A stretch of DNA of 34,046 nucleotides, taken from contig MCFE01000807.1 in assembly GCA_002104905.1 (NCBI GenBank), forward strand, positions 1 through 34,046. Direction: 5' to 3'. The notes beneath the pieces were generated by a model that ran no database searches, had not been told where the DNA came from, and saw nothing but the letters and a program-made list of their open reading frames with translations. This DNA comes from Basidiobolus meristosporus CBS 931.73 (lineage: Eukaryota > Fungi > Basidiobolomycota). A program made the translations under genes and the position numbers. Below, one piece after another: positions 31,878-34,046 of the stretch (positions are counted from its first letter, which is position 1; each line of letters starts with the position of its first letter).

Positions 31878-34046
31878 AGCTGTCACTCTCTGCAATGTCT
31901 ACTACTGCTATTACTGGAATTTTTCCCTCTGCTGAAAAGTTGGATGGATCTAACTACCAAGTGTGGAAGGTGAAGATGAAGATGCTGCTGCAAGAAAGAG
32001 GCCTTTGGGATATTGTCATGGGAGAAGAATGCCCTCCTAAAAACATGGGAGAGGAAGCCTTAAAGTACCAGAAGAAAGAACAAAGTGCCTTTAACTGCAT
32101 ATGCCTTAATGTCAAGGACAAATTGCGAATTCAATGCTCAAGAGCAAAAACGGCAAAGAATGCCTGGAAGGCATTAGAAGACACCTACCAGTCATGTTCA
32201 GCTGCCAAGAAAATGTATCTGAGAAGAAAATTGTTTACTACAAAGATGCTGCCAGGAGAAGAAATGAAAAATCTAATTAACAGAATTACCCTGCTGGTAG
32301 ATGAGTTGGAATCTGTGGGCGTACCAACTACTGATGAGGATGTGATAGTTACCATCCTGAATAGCCTGACAGACGAGTTTCAGGGCCTTGTATCAGCCCT
32401 AGAGTCCAGAACTGAAGATTTGACCTTAAATTACGTATATGGAAGGCTCCTGGATGAAGAATTAAGAAAATCAAGCGCCAATAAGAAGGAAGAAGAAAAT
32501 GCTTTAATAAGCAATGATAACCAACAAAGGAGGTACCCAAGACCCTACAAAGGCAACAGCAACCTATTTTGCAACTACTGCAAAAGGAAAGGACACACAT
32601 CAGACCGGTGTTTCAAAAAGAGAGATTATCAGCAAAAGAAGCCTGAATATGGAAATGCTGCAACAACTGAAGATAGACTATTCATATCTGCACTAAATAT
32701 GACCACAAACAAGGATTCTCAGACGTGGTATATTGACTCTGGAGCTTCTCAACACTTTACACACCAAAAAGAACTTTTTACCCAATATCAAGAAATTCCA
32801 ATTAAGAAGGTTTTCATGGGTGACGATAGAACACTTGATGCAGTGGGAGAAGGAACTATCCAAGTAAACCTTAGAAGCAGTGAAGGAAGCCATACACTGA
32901 CCTTTAAAGAAGTACTCTATGTACCAGAAATAGCCAAGAACCTACTCTCTGTAAGCAAGGCCACAGCAGAAGGACTCAGTTTCAGTTTTGACAATTCTGG
33001 ATGCAGGATCACTGATCAAAATGGTGCTCATATTGCTTCGGGCATCAGAGATCAGAACCTATACAAGTTGACTTATATTCCATCATATCTGGAAGCCAAT
33101 ATAAGTAACTTAAATGAAGAAACACCAATGCTTTGGCACAGGAGATTTGGACACATCAATTTTGATTATTTGCGTAAAATGATCAAAGATCAGCTAATTT
33201 CTGGAGTGAAAATTGATCCCCCAGCTAATTTGGAGCACTGTGAAGCCTGCATATATGGGAAACAAGCCAGACAACCGTTCAAGAGCTCTGGGTTAATCAA
33301 AACTAAGAAAAAATTAGATCTAATTCACTCAGATCTGTGTGGACCTATGCAAAATTTATCCTTAGGCGGGATGAAGTATTTAATCACTTTTATTGATGAT
33401 TATACAAGATACACATGGGTCTACTTCATGGAGAGAAAGGAAGAAGCTCTGTCTAAGCTCAGGGAGTTTAAAGCCATGGTGGAGAGAGAAACTGGTGAAA
33501 AAATCAAGAAAATATGCTCTGACAATGGTGGAGAATATACCTCAAAACTCTTCATCCACTTCTGCAAAATTCATGGGATAAAGCAAGAGACTACTGTACC
33601 ATACTCCCCACAGCAAAATGGAGTAGCAGAACAAGCTAACAGATCAATAATTGATATGGCAAGATCTATGATCCATGATCAAAAATTATCCTATGATTTT
33701 TGGGCGGAATCAGTTGCCACTGCTGTATATCTTAAAAATAGGAGTTATAACAGAATACTTCGTGATTCTACTCCATTTGAAGCATGGTATGGATACAGAC
33801 TAAGTGCAGAACATCTAAGAATATTTGGGTGTACAGCATATGCCAAAAAACTGGCCGGAAATCAGTCAAAATTTGAGCCAAAAAGTGTAAAATGCATATT
33901 TTTGGGCTACTGAAATGAGAGTAAGGCATACAGACTCTACAATACAAAGCAAAGAAGCTGATCAAGTCCAGGGATGTGTTGTTTGATGAAAATTCAAAAT
34001 TTTCACAAAAAATGACATCAGATGATGACAAAAATTTGATCTCAAG
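31868..34046 (+). pseudogene. Copia gag-pol polyprotein (Gag, CCHC knuckle, aspartic protease, integrase), disrupted by a stop and a frameshift after the integrase core
   Basis: KLDGSNYQVWKVKMKMLL (Gag N-terminus); CNYCKRKGHTSDRC zinc knuckle; WYIDSGASQH protease; LWHRRFGH...CEAC HHCC; HSDLCGP / SDNGGEY / QNGVAE integrase D,D,E triad; KFEPKSVKCIFLGY. Then TGA (33911-33913), NESKAYRLYNTK, a one-base frameshift near 33950, and KKLIKSRDVLFDE. Confidence 0.9.

Larger units (their letters stand above)
31380..34046 (+). mobile_element. Ty1/copia LTR retrotransposon (copia/Ty5-like half-tRNA priming), 5' portion; RT, RNaseH and 3' LTR lie beyond the window
   Basis: LTR with TGTTG...CAACA termini, PBS directly adjacent, and gag-PR-IN domain order characteristic of Pseudoviridae. 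Confidence 0.95.

Overview
Eukaryotic, fungal-type genomic DNA: short (~50-80 bp) GT-AG introns with CTAAC-like branch points. An early-diverging fungus (Zoopagomycota/Mucoromycota) is my inference, not a search result. Recognisable genes, left to right: an intronless GH9 glycoside hydrolase with signal peptide and C-terminal membrane anchor (4630-6273 +); a spliced Kelch-repeat single-pass membrane protein (7393-~9739 +); two convergent, intronless paralogous C2H2 zinc-finger transcription factors with Ste12/Msn2-type fingers (12992-13891 + and 16489-17373 -); VIP1/PPIP5K (21596-24849 +); an EHT1/ABHD1-3-type alpha/beta hydrolase (25911-27533 +); NSE4 of the Smc5/6 complex (27886-29267 -). 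The right end holds a decayed Ty1/copia retrotransposon (5' LTR 31380-31863, gag-PR-IN, truncated by the window edge). Its primer site matches the tRNAiMet anticodon arm (half-molecule priming). It sits beside a 1.38-kb stretch with no CpG, and related LTR-like fragments occur near 19.7 kb. I cannot demonstrate a wholly new system from sequence alone. The best leads are the zinc-finger pair (shared Tup1-type IxxLLN motif, mirrored promoters), the CpG-decay signature on the transposon DNA, and a His-to-Gln change in the second conserved motif of the VIP1 phosphatase domain. No tRNA, rRNA or CRISPR array was found. Several intergenic regions (1-4.5 kb, 10.7-12.7 kb, 13.9-16.4 kb, 17.6-21.5 kb) remain unexplained.
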